Assembly (NCBI RefSeq): GCF_009914755.1
Contig: NC_060939.1
From: the human T2T-CHM13v2.0 reference genome, Homo sapiens
Reading direction: 5' to 3' (one strand)
Length of the DNA: 64,000 nucleotides
Part shown: positions 35,152 through 49,350 of the stretch, one piece after another
Layout: each line of letters starts with the position of its first letter
Numbering within the stretch: the stretch's first letter is position 1
The notes under the pieces: model-generated
What the model was told of the DNA's origin: nothing
The model's database searches: none
The model's input: the letters and a program-made list of their open reading frames with translations, nothing else
Program-made: the position numbers and the translations under genes

Positions 35152-35534
35152 TGTATTGAATATAAGGCTTGTATATTACTGAGTGTAAGATTGCCACTGC
35201 AGTCTGGTGTTGAGAATATGGGCTCATATCATAGTTCAAATATTCTTTCCCTTGAATAATTTTTGAACTCTCAGAAAATAAACAGGTATACAAAACAACC
35301 CCTACTAAGCTGAAAAGCGTGGTAAATATGTGACTCTATGTCACATAGAGTGGTTTCCTACCAGATGCTGCCTGATTTGACCCCCTTTCTTACCACTTGG
35401 TACTCAGATCCCCTACTCCTGACCAGCAATGGAATAAGGCTCAGATGAACTAACAAATGTTTGTTTCACCTATTCTTTTTTTAAGGTTGAAAGTTTAACA
35501 GATCATTAAACTGTCACCACATCAAAAGGGCTGT

Positions 35535-36935
35535 ATCAGAACAGAGAACCCAGAAATAAAGTCATACATTTACAGTCAACTGATCTTTGACAAAACTGAC
35601 AAGAATATACACTGGGGAAAGGAAATCCTTTTCAACAAATGCCGCTGGGAAAATTGGATTGGCATATGCAGAAGAATGAAACTGGACCCCTGTTTCTCAC
35701 CATATACAAAAATCAACTCAAGATGGATTAAAGACTTAAACGTAAGACCTAAGAACTATAAAAATACTAGAAGAAAACCTAGGAAATGGGAACAGATTGT
35801 GAGGACAGAAAACTTAAAAAAGGAAACCTAGGAAAAACTCTTCTGGACATTGGTCTAGACAAAGAATTCACGACTAACACCTCAAAAGTACAGACAACAA
35901 AAACAAAAATAGACAAATGGGACTTAATCCAACTAAAAAAGCTTCTGTACAGCAAAATAATCAAGAGTGAACAGACAACCTGCAGAATGGGAAAAAATAT
36001 TTGTAAACTATGCATCTGACAGGGGACTAATATCCAGAATTTACAAGGAACTCAAACAATCCAACAAAAAAATCCCAATAATCCCATTAAAAAGTGACCA
36101 AAAAGCATGAATAGACATTTTTCAAAAGAAGACATACAAATGGCCAGCAGGCATGTGGAAAAAAAAAAAAAACGCTCAACATTGCTAATCATCAGAGAAA
36201 TGCAAATTAAAACAACAATAAGATATCACCTTACACCAGTCAAGAATGGCTATTATTAAAAAGAAAAAAATAATAACAAATGTTGGCAAGGACATAGAGA
36301 AAAGGAAACTCTTATACACTATTGATGGGAATTTAAATGAGTATAACCTCTATGGAAAAAATATGAAAATTTCTCAAAGAATTAAAAATAGAACTATCAT
36401 TTGATCCAGCAATCCCCCTACTAGGTATCTACCCAAAGGAAAACAGATCCTTATATCAAAAAGATGCCTGTACCCATAAGTTTATCACAGCACTATCCAC
36501 AATAGCAAAGATATGGAATCAACCTAAGTATCCATTAACAGATAAATGAATAAAGAAAATGTTACATATATACACAATGGAATATTATTCAACCATACAA
36601 TACAATGAAATCATGTCTTCTTCAGCAACATGGATGGAACTGGAGATCAGTATCTTAAGTGAAACAAATCAGACACAAAATGACAAATACCATATGTTCT
36701 TCCTTATAAGTGCGAGTTTAATAATGTGTACACATGGAGGTAGAGCATGGAATGACAGAAAATGGAGACCCAGAAGGGTGAGGAGGTGGAAGGAGGATGG
36801 ATGATGAAAAATTATTTAATGGGTACAATGTACATTATTTGGATTATGGATACCCTAAAAGACCTGACTTCACCACTATGTGATCTATGCGTGTAACAAA
36901 ATTACAACTGTACCCCATAAATTTATACCAAAAAA
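35535..36935 (+). mobile_element. L1MA 3' fragment (ORF2 C-terminus and 3' UTR)
   Basis: [14 protein letters not shown] peptide in the ORF track; L1MA 3' end actgtaccccataaatttatac. Confidence 0.9.
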
Positions 36936-36989
36936 GGACTATATCAAAGTGCCATCTGCCACCAATTTCTTTAAACCCTATGGAAAAAA

Positions 36990-38050
36990 TATCTAACAAA
37001 TTTACATATGCATTGGCAACATCTAACAAAATTTCATATGCATTTTCCCTTTGACCCAGCAATCCCACTTCTATGAACCCATCTAGAAAATACACTTTGA
37101 CAAAAATAAAACAATATATGAAATAGTTATTCATTGTAGCATTAGTTGTAACGGTGAAAGACTGGAAACAAAACAGATATCCACCAAGAGGGAACCAGTT
37201 AAATAAATTATATACACACAGTGGAGTTCTGTGAATCATAAAAAGGGATGAGCAAGATCTCTGTGAGTAGATATGAAAGGATTTTTTCCAAGACATATTG
37301 TTAAGTGAAAAAGAAAAGTGTAGAAAAGAATATATGGTATGCTATTTTTTGTATAAGAAAAAGTGGAAAATAAGAATATATATACTACATATTTGCTTAT
37401 TTTTGCAAAAGAAATACCAGAAAGATAAATTTAAAAATGTATGGAAAGTGGATATCTATAAGGGGTGGGGTGGATGCTGTGGAAAGGACAGGCTGGACTT
37501 TTCTAATTATCCCTCTCGATATACTTCTCCATTTTGAACAAAGTAAATGTTTAACATATTTAATAAATTACATTAAACTAAAATGGGGAAAAACAGACCC
37601 TATGATTGAACAAAACAAAAACAAGTAAATGTAATTGTCTCACATTAGTAACATAACTACACAAAGAAAGAATAATTTCAAGAAACTTTTGAACACCGTA
37701 CATCCTTGTCAATATATAGTCTAAGGACAAAATGGATAGTAAGAAATAGCAAACTTCACTAGTAGGATTACTGTCAGTAGCAATTTTGAAACTAATTTAA
37801 GTATATTATAGGATTTTTTAAGTGAGTATATTAATGTTCTAAGAACCAAGATACTCTAAGAGAAAAATATATGTATAAAAGTACCAACTCAGAAATGTGA
37901 TAATTCTTACTTTGAAAAATATTTTCAAAAATGTAAGCATCACACAAAACACCTGTGTAACAAACCTGCATGTGTATCCCCGAATCTAAAATAAAGTTGA
38001 ACTTTTTAAATGTACTATTTTAAATGATACCATAAATGTGTGAAGAAATA
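36990..38050 (+). mobile_element. L1MC4-type 3' fragment
   Basis: tttgacccagcaatcccactt-like motif followed by L1MC-type 3' UTR; 30-bp tandem duplication at 36991-37044. Confidence 0.7.
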
Positions 38051-40199
38051 AATCACTGAAACATATGAGGAAGGTGGACTGTCCAAAAGTCAGATTGGAA
38101 AGCATACAAAGGGGGAGCAAGGTGGAGTGAGTAGTGGTGCCCGTGTTCTAAAACTGAGGGAACAAGAGGGTACAGCAGGATCAAGCAAGGGACAGAGAGA
38201 AGGAAAGAATGGAAACCTGAGGTGTGGGCAGGCATCCAGAGAGGAGAAAGAGAATTCATATGAGGTATAATCAACATGTGGCACAAAGTCATGAGGAGTC
38301 CAGAATCCAAGTGAAAGATTAATTTTAGGAAGATGGTTCTTACTCTGAGAGTAGAGAGGAAGGTGGCAGGTGATGTCCTGAGATGAAGCTATAAAGTGCA
38401 AAACGAATTTACAGGTGTTCATGCCGGCTGATACCAATCAGTCCCATAATACATGGGCTACATGTGTAGTGGGGCCAAGGCCAACTGACTCTACCACCAT
38501 GATGCTGTGTCCAGTTTAAGGACTCTGCTAGAAGGTGCAATGGGACCACAGAAAAAGGAAAACTGGACTCAAACTGGGGGTTGAGATTCCAAATGTGGAC
38601 AATAAGAATAAGTTAGGCAGAGAAGGATGGGAGAGAAGACAGCAGACACACAGAGAAGGACATCGGGAAATGCACAGCTGGCCAGGAAATGCCAAAGTCA
38701 TGGCTGGCAGGAGGGGAGGTGAGGGGCAAGCCAGCTGGGAAACGCCTCAGAGGCCCCAGGGTTTGAACCTCACGCTGGAGGCTACTCAGGGCCAAAGGAG
38801 GATTTTAGGTGGCTGAGTGAAATCAGCAGATGCGGGGTGGGGAGGATTTTAGAACTGGAGGAGCAAGAGACAGGAGGGACAGAAATCTAGTTAGCACCTC
38901 TCCACAAGACGTGAGTAAACAGCGGAGAAAGAGCAGATCCTGGAGGCATATTTATGAGGTCAAACTGACAGGAGAGAAAAGAGGAAAAGAGTGAAGTGAG
39001 GAGTGGACACAAGGCTAAGGCAGAGTGGGGCCCAGAGTATCCCGACCACCATCTAGACTGCTCAGGACCATCTATGATGAGGGATGTGAACTACAGCAAC
39101 TCTGCTCAAGTATTTTGGAATAGGAGACAGTTTGAGTGGCTGGAGGGCAAGATTTTACATGAGGTTTGAAGTCTCTTTCAATGTTTATATTATTACCTGG
39201 ATTCCAGCTATTTTCTCAGGCTGATCCAACCAAAGCCTAAGCCATGATGCCACCTGTTAAGATAATAAATGACATCTTACTAGATAAGTGGGATGGGGGG
39301 CTGGAAGGACCTTCTACCATCATTAAGAGATAGCTAAGTGCAAAGGGCACCAGGAATGAATGAACTGAGTTTTACACTGGTGCAAGGAGAAAGCAGGAGC
39401 AGGAAGCTAGCAGCAGAACAAAAGTCTGGGATCACGAACAGCCACCCACAAATGGGTTTCTCCAGGCTCTTGGAGTCCTTGTCACTTTTTTGACAAATGT
39501 GACTGATGGTCAGGAGCAATGTGATTGGTGATGTGATCAGAATACAGGCAGCAGAGTGGTTTTTCTCAACAAAGGCAGTCCATAAACCAGCCTAAAAACA
39601 AGCAGGGTCCCCATGCTGACTGTGAGTATCAGGCAGCTTCTAAATGAAAGCAGGGCAGAAGGGGGATCTTCTGATTTTAGTAAGACATACAAATGAGATA
39701 CGAAGTAGGAATTAGCAACTTGGGCACATCTTCCCTGGAACTGGCACATGGCTAATCATGGTATCTAGGTCAGTCAAAGAGGTCACTCAAAGACAAACCA
39801 ATGCTTTATGCATACAGTCATTTTTAGAACTACTTTGCCAAAACACTTGCTGTGGGTTTTTTTATTGGACTTTTAGGAATGCTCAGGATAAAGGCTTTAA
39901 GAGAGACATCTTTAATTAGTGCTAACATTAGCCCATTAACCCAGCGGTTACAATGAAATGTGGGGGACAGACCAAAATCTCAGTAACCATCAGCTTCCAG
40001 TCCTTGTGCAGGGGCTACCTGGACAGTGTTGTGCCCATACGAAGGGGCAGGAGCCAGGCCAGTGTCTGTCCTCTGCAGATACCTGAAATTCACCTGAATG
40101 ACCTGTCCGATGAGGTAACAGGTCTGGCTTCATAAAAGAGTCTGAGGTCACCGGAAATGGGAAATGGGCTTGCTAGTGAAGTAAGAAATCCCCCAAATA

Positions 40200-40246
40200 C
40201 AGCCTAGGCAACAAGAGCAAAATTCTGTCTCAAAAAAAAAAAAAAA
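40200..40246 (+). mobile_element. Extremely 5'-truncated Alu (32 nt plus A tail)
   Basis: cagcctaggcaacaagagcaaaattctgtctc(A)15 flanked by TSD aa(a/t)tcccccaaata. Confidence 0.85.
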
Positions 40247-41124
40247 TTCCCCCAAATAAGTGCTTAGTCCTACAGAACATTTTCTGAGACATCTGAGTTT
40301 CCAAAAGCACTGTGTATACACTCCCCTCTGCATTCTGTTCAAGTGGCAGCACTGTCCTTCATTCCCACAACTGCTTTTTAAAAAAAAAAAAAAAAAAAAG
40401 AACACTGTGGTGAGCTTTTTATTTTGCTATTTTAGGGTCCATCATTTTACTTTAAAAAGGACTCTATCATGGGTATTTTGGAAAATACTTAGGTTAGGTG
40501 AAATAAAAAATACCCTATATCTTTTCCTCCATCAAACTATTTTAAAAGAAGGCAGAGATTCTTGGATCTGGAGTCCCAGACACAGCAGTTGAAGCCACAA
40601 GAGGCAATGGCAAGGTGCTCATGACATCGCTACCGAGCTGTGGAGAAGAAACAGCTTTGTCATGATGCCGACCTCGGGCAGGTGTCTCAGCTCCCAGAGG
40701 TGCAGCCCTGAGCCATCAATCCTCCCAGACAAGAGCCACTTGTCACAAGCTGTTTACAGAGCACATCTGTGGCCAAATTGTACTTCTCCATTCCTTATTT
40801 TTTTCTTCTCTCTTCTCCTCATCTTCATTTCCTCACATTTTGTTCCCTTTTTAATCCCTTCATTCTTTTGTTTCTCTCAATTATTTATTATTTTATTATT
40901 TATTTTGAACTCTTGTTCAAAGGCCTACTGTCTCTTTGCAATAGCACAATATTAATCCTTTACCCCAATCACATTTGATCCTTAGAAATATTCCCCATTT
41001 TGTTTGACCTCTTCCAACTTTATCCCCAAATAGTCTCAGTGCATATTTTTTTTAAAATGTAGACATCATAGATGTGGGGTGGTGGTGTCCCATTAGTATA
41101 TCTAGAAGTAAACACAGTTATTAA

Positions 41125-41590
41125 AGGGTAGTTTCCTAGGACTGCTAAAAAACAAGTTAACCACAAATTTCATGGCTTAAAACAACACACATTTATTCTC
41201 TAACAGTTCTGGAGGGCAGAAGTCCAAAATCAGTTTCATTGAGCTAAAGTCAAGGCGTCAGCAGAGCCAGTTCCTTTGGCAGCTCTAGGGGAGAATCTGT
41301 TTCCTTGCTGTTCTGCTTCTGAAGGCTGCTCATGATCCCTTCCTCGTGTCATTCCAACTTCCTGCCCCCATTGTCACATCTCCTCCTTCTGTAGTCAAAT
41401 CTCCCTCCCTGTGCCTCGCTCTCACAAGAACATTTGTGATGACATTTAAGGCCCACCCAGATAATCCAGGAAAATCTCCCATCTCAAGATCCTTTATTTG
41501 ATCACATCTGCAAAATCCCTTTTGCCATATAAGGTAATAGCCACAGGTTTCAGGAATTAAGACATGGATATCTTGGGGGCCTACTACAGG
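41125..41590 (-). mobile_element. MLT1C-like LTR
   Basis: tagtttcctaggactgct...ggcttaaaacaacacacatttattctc. Confidence 0.8.
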
Positions 41591-41809
41591 GGGGCTATAG
41601 CAACTCCATCCATTTCTATTCCCTTCAAGAGAGCAGCAAAAGGGAATGACATCATTTAAGGGATAACCGCAAATCTCTTCCTATTAGAAGAAAATGATAA
41701 ATTCCAGTACTTTATTGATAACAGATTATTTGTGATATCTCACAACTTATCTTTACTTATCAGTGTGTCATAACACCAAAACCAGAAAAATAACAAAATG
41801 GAGAATTGG

Positions 41810-42342
41810 TGTGGGAGGCATAATTCTAAATTGAGCCCCCCAGATTCCCAATCCCTGGTCTACATACCCTGTATAATCCTCTCCCCTTGAATGTGGGTGG
41901 GACCTGCGAGTATGATGGGATGCCACTCCCTTGATTACACTGCATAATATATGAGACTCTGTCAGAGCCCACTGACTGAGATTCTCCTGCTGACTTTGAA
42001 GTGAGGTGCCATGCTGTGAGAGGGCCCTCTCACTACGAACTGAGGAAGGGTTTCTAGGAGCTTAGAGTCCCAGGTAACAGCCAGCAAGAAAATGAGGACC
42101 CCATCCTAGAATTGCAAGAAATTGAATTCTGCCAACAACTTGAATGGGCTTGGAAGAGGACCTCAGCTAAGATAATCTCAGATAAGATTGCAGCCCCCAC
42201 TGACACCTTCATTTCAGCCTAGTGAGACCCTGAGCAGAGGACTCACCTTACCCATGACAGAATCCTGGCCCACAGAAACTGACATAATACATTTGTGTTG
42301 TTTTAAGTCACTAACTGCCAAGCATAATAGAAAACTAATACA
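41810..42342 (+). mobile_element. MLT1E/F-like LTR
   Basis: tgtgggaggcataattctaa...agaaaactaataca. Confidence 0.8.
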
Positions 42343-43769
42343 GTTGGCAAGCACAGAATTTAAAAAGAGAATTATAAGGACAGACTTTGGGAGGGTCAAT
42401 AAACTATCTGAAATTATATGAAAATTTTAGAGTACGTGTGCATTTAACTAAGGAATGGGTTCATAACTTGCATCATATCCTCAACAAGCCAGTGGCCCAA
42501 AACAGATGAAGAACACCAAACTGAGGTCTAATGGAGCAGTCAAAAAATAATATTTTGAGGTTCCAATCTGACATGATATCAAAGAGTAAGAGAGTTCCAT
42601 AAAGAAAAAGTGGGGACTAATAAACCATTCTTTGTTAATATCCTTCCATCTCTTATCACACAGGGCAAGGTAGAGAGTGGAGATGTAGGAGTATGTTTCA
42701 TTGCAAAGTATTTCTGTAGAGAGAAATACAGTACTTCCTCCATCCCTCAGGGCAGGATTCACTGCCTTTAACAGAACTAGTACACAACAGACAGTGCTCA
42801 CCACATGCTCAAGTTGCCTTCTTCGATTGTCACCTTGACCTCATCCTCATGGCCCCTTTCCTAATACTCTACTGTAGTTCCTCACCGCTGTATGGCTAAA
42901 AGCTTCAAAACCCTTTCCCAAGCTTCCCTAAATAAACTCAAGAGTATCTGCACGAACTTTTCCACCCATGCAGGTGACCAATGACTGATGGAGTGATACC
43001 TTTCTATTACTTGATTTCCTAGCAACCAAAAAAGTCAACCTGCCTGGGAATCTAACTAATTAGGATTTGAATTCAAAGCACATACATTCATCTAATGTCA
43101 ATACCATGCTATGTACTGATCCCTACTGAGTGACCTAAAAGCTAAAATGGAAAGACATTCATAAATAAACCCTGAATTAGCAAATTAGATTGCTTTTTAA
43201 TGGGAAAGGGATAATGAGGCCAATTTTATCCAATTCAGCATTTATTTTCTGAGCACTTACAAATATGCAACCCACTGAGTTAGGCTCTATAGAGAATACA
43301 AAGATTCCTAAAACAAGTTCCTTACATTCCCAAGGTTGGAATATGCTGGTGGCAGCTGCATGAAAATAACTCAGTAAAACTCTTTTAAGGCAAGAAGAAA
43401 TAAGTTGTATAATAGAGAGATAAACAACATTGTAGGAGAAAAGAAGAGGTATGAAGTCTGACATGGTGGGCCTTGAAGAATGAATAGGTGAGGGCATTTG
43501 GGATGTTCATTCCAAACTGAAGCAGGATGAAGTCAATGGTGGAGAGAAAGCTAAACATACACGATGTGTACAGAGAAGATGGGGAGTATGAGAAGGAGGA
43601 GTACAGGCTGACAACTGGATACAGCAGGACATGAGGCTGGACACAATAGGACATCCCTTGCAGGATGAGACCCAATTGTTAAGAGATCAAAATAGACCAA
43701 CTTTATCCTCTAGGTAATGAGATACCAGGAAAGGACTTCACTGTGTGGTTGTTGCTGCTGCTAGTGTGT

Positions 43770-44134
43770 GTGTATTAGAGCATTCTTGCAGTGCTGTAAA
43801 GAAATATCTGAGGCTGGGTAATTTACAAGAAAAGAGGTTTAATTGGCTCACAGTTCTGCAGGCTGTACAGGAAATATAATGTCAGCAACTGCTTCTAGGG
43901 ATGCAGGCACATTCATATGATGAAAGCAAGAGCAAGAGAGAGAGTTGGTGGGGAGGTGCCACACGTACCTTTAAAAGACCATATCTCACAAGAACTCACT
44001 CACTTTTCGCAAAGATAGCACTAACCCACGAGGGATCTGCTCCCATGACCCAAACACCTCCCACCAAGCCTCACCTCCAGCATTGAGGATTACAATTCAA
44101 CATGAGATTTTGGTGGGGACAAATATCCAAAATA

Positions 44135-44137
<3 letters not shown>
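43770..44137 (-). mobile_element. MST-family LTR followed by (TG)n
   Basis: tgtattagagcattcttgcagtgctgtaaagaaatatctgaggctgggtaattt. Confidence 0.85.
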
Positions 44138-44172
<35 letters not shown>

Positions 44173-44959
44173 CATGAGAGTAATAGAATCCAAACAGTGC
44201 TTTAAGAAAATAACTTTGGTAACAGTAGGAGAAATGGCTTGAAGAAGCTAAAGATCAGAGAAATGAAAAACAGTGAAGAGTCCATTCGAAAAATACAGGT
44301 GCTGATAGCTAACATATATTAAACATTAAGCACTATACTTGTATTGTCTTATCTGATCTTCAAGACAACCTCACAAAGTAGGTACTATAACTAACCACAT
44401 TTTCTGCCTGAGAAAACAGAGGCTTAGAGAAGTTAAGCAGCTCTCCCAAAGTCATAAAGCTAGTGGGTGGAAGGAACAGGTTCTTAAGTCAAGTTTGACT
44501 CCAAAGCCCAAATTTTTACTACACTGTTTCTCAGGTAATAAGGTCTGGACTACAGCAGTGGCAAGTGATAATGGGAAACATTTCAGGGGCAGAATCAATT
44601 TGGGAATGAGAAAGAGGAAGAGAGAGAAATCAAATATAACCAAAAATACCAGCTGTGCGCAGGTAGGGATATCACAGGCCAAGATGACAGCATAGAACCG
44701 AAAACTACAACACTGGCTGCAGCAAATGAAGAGCTAATCTGTGAATTTCATGGGTGACCTAGGCTCATACATTAGCACCTCATTCTATGAGAAATTAACC
44801 AGCCATGGGCTAGTTTTTCTTTTCTTTTTTTTTTTTTTGAGACTAGTTTTTCTTATTAATATATATTCAATAGAAGGTGAAGTAGCTTCCTAGTAGACCA
44901 ACCAAGTGGGAGACACTGACACTTATCTATGGGCACCCTGCACCTTCACCATCACCACA

Positions 44960-45890
44960 AGCCAGCCCCCACGATTGTCAACCAGTCATTTGTCTTTCAT
45001 CTTATTCTATTCTTGTCCCCCTTTTGGCCATTCTATTCATTAACTACATCTTTATCACCAAGCAGAAAAGTACAAAGTCAGATGGTGAAATTCAAGCTGA
45101 TAAAAATTTGCCCCTGCTAAGTGTTTCTGATTAAAGATTTTCAAGGGCAGGTTTTTAAATTACTGTGCAAAAAGGAAATCTATGAAATCAACTAGCCATG
45201 CTTCCCCCAAAACCTAATGACATGAAGAACTCAAAATGTATTGCACGAAGGTTAGGTATTGAGAAGATGTCTGTAAGTCTCAAGTGACTTACGTAAGTCT
45301 GCAGTCTCTATATGAGTTTCCACCAAACAGGTGGGTGACACTTCAGAGTTTCAACACCAGTCATCCTCCTCTTCTTTTCATTGATCTTCCTTAGATTTGG
45401 GCATCTTTTTCCAAAATTGACCTGTAGTGTGGTAAGTAACTCCCCTCAATAGTAACTCCCCAAGAGTTGACAACCCCTCAGGGGTTATGTCAGATGCTTA
45501 CCAATGACATCTCACATGGATGATCTGCTGATGGGAACAGTCATAAAGCCTGTGATACCATCCATTTTCACCAGACCAAACCTTCTCATCTTCTCCAAAT
45601 ATTAGCCTAATTGGCATCTTTTTTTTATATTGACAGAGCTTTATGCAATAACAAATTCCAAAGTTCTTCCTTCTCCTCAGTCACATTTCTTTCATCTTGC
45701 TATGTATTGTTAGCTGCATTGAAACAGTAGTTTACATGTGTTACATGGTCTGCAGTTTGTCATTCAGAAACAATCTGGTGTCAAGTGATTCTTCTCTTGC
45801 ATACTTAGGGAAGTCATCATTGTTGCTTCACCTTTTATCATCTTTACTTTCTTAAAAGTCAATAAGACTTGGAGTAATAGAATGTTTCTT
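44960..45890 (-). mobile_element. Ancient pogo/Tigger transposase fossil
   Basis: Minus-strand translation gives GWYHRL, EGSYLPH, TGQFWKKMP, THLFGGNSYRDCRL and LVDN, in the order of Tigger motifs GWFxRF, YLPEQ, DETGLFWKKMP, TLLLGGNAAGDFKL and LLVDN. Confidence 0.75.
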
Positions 45891-45965
45891 ATTATCATTG
45901 CTTTCCATACACCTTACATGAGGTTAATAATGTCACAAAAATGCTTAAAAATTAACTGCAATTCC

Positions 45966-46270
45966 AGCTGGGTGCGGTGGCTCATGTGTGTAATCCCAGC
46001 ACTTTGGGGGGCCAAGGCAGGTGGATCACCTGAGGTCGGGAGTTCAAGACCAGCCTGACCAACATGAAGAAACCCTGTCTCTACTAAAAATACAAAATTA
46101 GCTGGGCATGATGGCGCACGCCTGTAATCCCAGCTACTTGGGAGGCTGAGGCATGAGATCACTTGAACCTGGGAGGCGTGGTTTGTGGTGAGCCAAGATC
46201 GCGCCATTGCACTCCAGCCTGGGCAACAAGAGCGAAACTCCATCTCAAAAACAAAAACAAACAAACAAAA
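45966..46270 (+). mobile_element. AluSp/Sq SINE
   Basis: Full Alu; long TSD aaaaattaactgcaattcc. Confidence 0.95.
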
Positions 46271-47163
46271 AATTAACTGCAATTCCAGCAAACGTGAGTC
46301 TACCATAGACTAACAACAGAATATGGAGCCCAGTACACAACCAATACTGCCATCTGTTGGTGCCAGGCAGAGTTCACTCACTTTTGTTTGGAATAATGGC
46401 TTTGTTTCTACCTGTCAAAATTAATAGTTTCAAAATTCCTAAATATGGGAGCCACTATCTCGCTTTTTGAGCCTGATAAAAGCAAAAACCAACCGTTTCT
46501 AAAAATGTCTTAGATTATCATGACAATACAAATTGGAATTTCTATTGTTTCTTTGACTACAAAGAAATAATTTGTTTGGTAAGGTGTTTTCAGATAAATA
46601 CTTGTCTTTGCAGAATCCATGCTAGATGGACAAATATTTTCATATCACTCTTGGAGCTGACACTTTAAAGCATTCCTGGAGAACTGCATATGTTCTCACA
46701 TACAAGCAAAATTGACTCATTTGTAAATATTGAGCTTTTCAATGCTATCTATTCATAGACAATCGGCAGTATTAGGAAGCCCACTGGATCAAGAGTCAGC
46801 AAACAGATTCTTATCCAATCTGCCACTCAGTTCCATGAGCTTGGTCAAATCCTGACTTGCAATTTCTTCATGTAGGAAATGGGGTTTTAATGCCGAGCCT
46901 CCTTACCTAATGGGTATGTTGAGAAAAGTGAATAACATATGTGAAAATGTTTTTAAAATCATTAAGTATGATAAAAATTTAAAATACTCCCTTTATCATC
47001 TTGCTTAACTCAAAGAAGTTTCTTCCACATACACAAACCACCACCTGTCATCATCTGACTTATTTGGTGTGTACTTTTTTGCAATATTTTGTAATCTATT
47101 TTTATTCCTCCCAATGTTTAACTCATATATATATATATGAGTTTAAATATATGTATATATTTA

Positions 47164-47385
<222 letters not shown>

Positions 47386-48025
47386 TTAAAAAAAGAAGAA
47401 GAAGAAGAGAATTGAGCAGAAGAATAAAAATAAATGCTTCAGCTGCATAAACATATAACTTCTTTCATGGTCCTACTAACATATATTCAAAATTGATAGT
47501 AAACATGTGAAATAAATAGCAGATGCTACACTTCAGGGAGAATTTCAGGAACCTCTTTTTCCTTTGAACTTAAATCCATTGCTACTACCCTCTTGTGCAC
47601 AGCGAACTAAGGCCTAATAAAATTGGATTTAAACACACCTTCTCTCTCATCTTCTTGCATACAAGATCAGTATGAGCTGCAATTCTCAAAGTGGTGTTCT
47701 ACCAGTTGTTTCAGTGAGGGATATAATGTTAATGATGTTGATGTTTATGTTAATGTTTATAATTTAATTTCTATTGCTATTATTATGGAATGGCCTATCC
47801 AGTATCTCATGAAAGCTATTATTTTTCTTAGCCTATTTTCTGGTAGTAAATTTTCACAGTGAGAACATGGCAAAACCCCCTCTCTATAAAAAAAAAATAC
47901 AAAAATTAGCTGGGTGTGTAGTCCCAGCCACTTGGGAGGTGGGAGGATGGTTGGAGCCCAGGAGGTTGAGGTTGCAGTGAGCTGAGATCCCACCACTGTA
48001 CTCCAGAGCCAGACCCTGTTACAAA

Positions 48026-48113
48026 AAGAGAGAGAGAGAGAGGGAGAGAGGGAGGGAGGGAGAGAGAGAAAGAGAGACAGAGACAGAGACAGAGAGAGAG
48101 AGAGAATGAAAGA
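48026..48113. repeat. (GA)n/(GGGA)n low-complexity tract after an Alu fragment (47860-48025)
   Basis: Directly visible. Confidence 0.9.
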
Positions 48114-48740
48114 GAATAGGTGATCTACATTATCTTCTGTTCCTTCAAAGTAGTCTTAGAATCAGGGGGAAAAAATAAGGTTACTTCTTCAACTCACAAA
48201 TAGAGCCTTCTTTACTAGTTCCAGAGCTTGGCTGCCTAATTTGTTCAATTTTATTTTATCCTATTTTTCTTAATAAAGCAATTAAAAGTCTCATAAGAAA
48301 ACCCAATTATTGAGTCTAGCAGCTCTGAAACACCTAAAAAAATCCATGTTGGTCCTCAGTGCTATTTATATCCTCCCTTCTTTCATTCCCTAGTTTGCTG
48401 TCTCATCAGGCTTGGGAAGATCTCTTTTATCAAAGTTACTGTTGCCAGAAAACACAAAAACAAGATGGAGGACAAAGCTAAGAGGAGAATAAGTTTCTCC
48501 TCTCCCCCAACCCCAGCCACACTGATACGTTTAAGTGAACATCCCTGAACACACTCATTTATAGTCATATTCACCCCAAATTCCCCCAAATCCAAATGTA
48601 GGCAAACACAAAAGATGTTCCATCAAATGTGAGCAAATATTTTTCTAAACATTTTATTGCCTTGTATTAAATTAGCATTCACCTATGAACTAGGTCGCAG
48701 ATGCATCAAGCCCAGGACTCCTGGCTCCTAATCACATGCT

Positions 48741-49066
<326 letters not shown>

Positions 49067-49164
49067 CAACTCCATGCTCTTTCCATTACTCATGCAGTAT
49101 TTCCCAACAGAGATGTTCAAAACAATGACACAGCCGCATTTTCCTTCACTATAAGCACTTCTTT

Positions 49165-49297
49165 CTTCCCAGCTTTACTGAAGTATAACTGAAAATAAAA
49201 ACTGTATATATTCAAGGTATACATGATGTTTTGATATACATGTACATTATGATTACCACAATCAAGCTAATTAACATATCCATCACCTCCCATAGTT

Positions 49298-49350
<53 letters not shown>

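Noticed and set aside
40079-40114. + strand 36-nt candidate exon (IPEIHLNDLSDE) with cag/gtaaca flanks
   Set aside because: Isolated, with a weak donor, no partner exons on the + strand, and no recognisable homology
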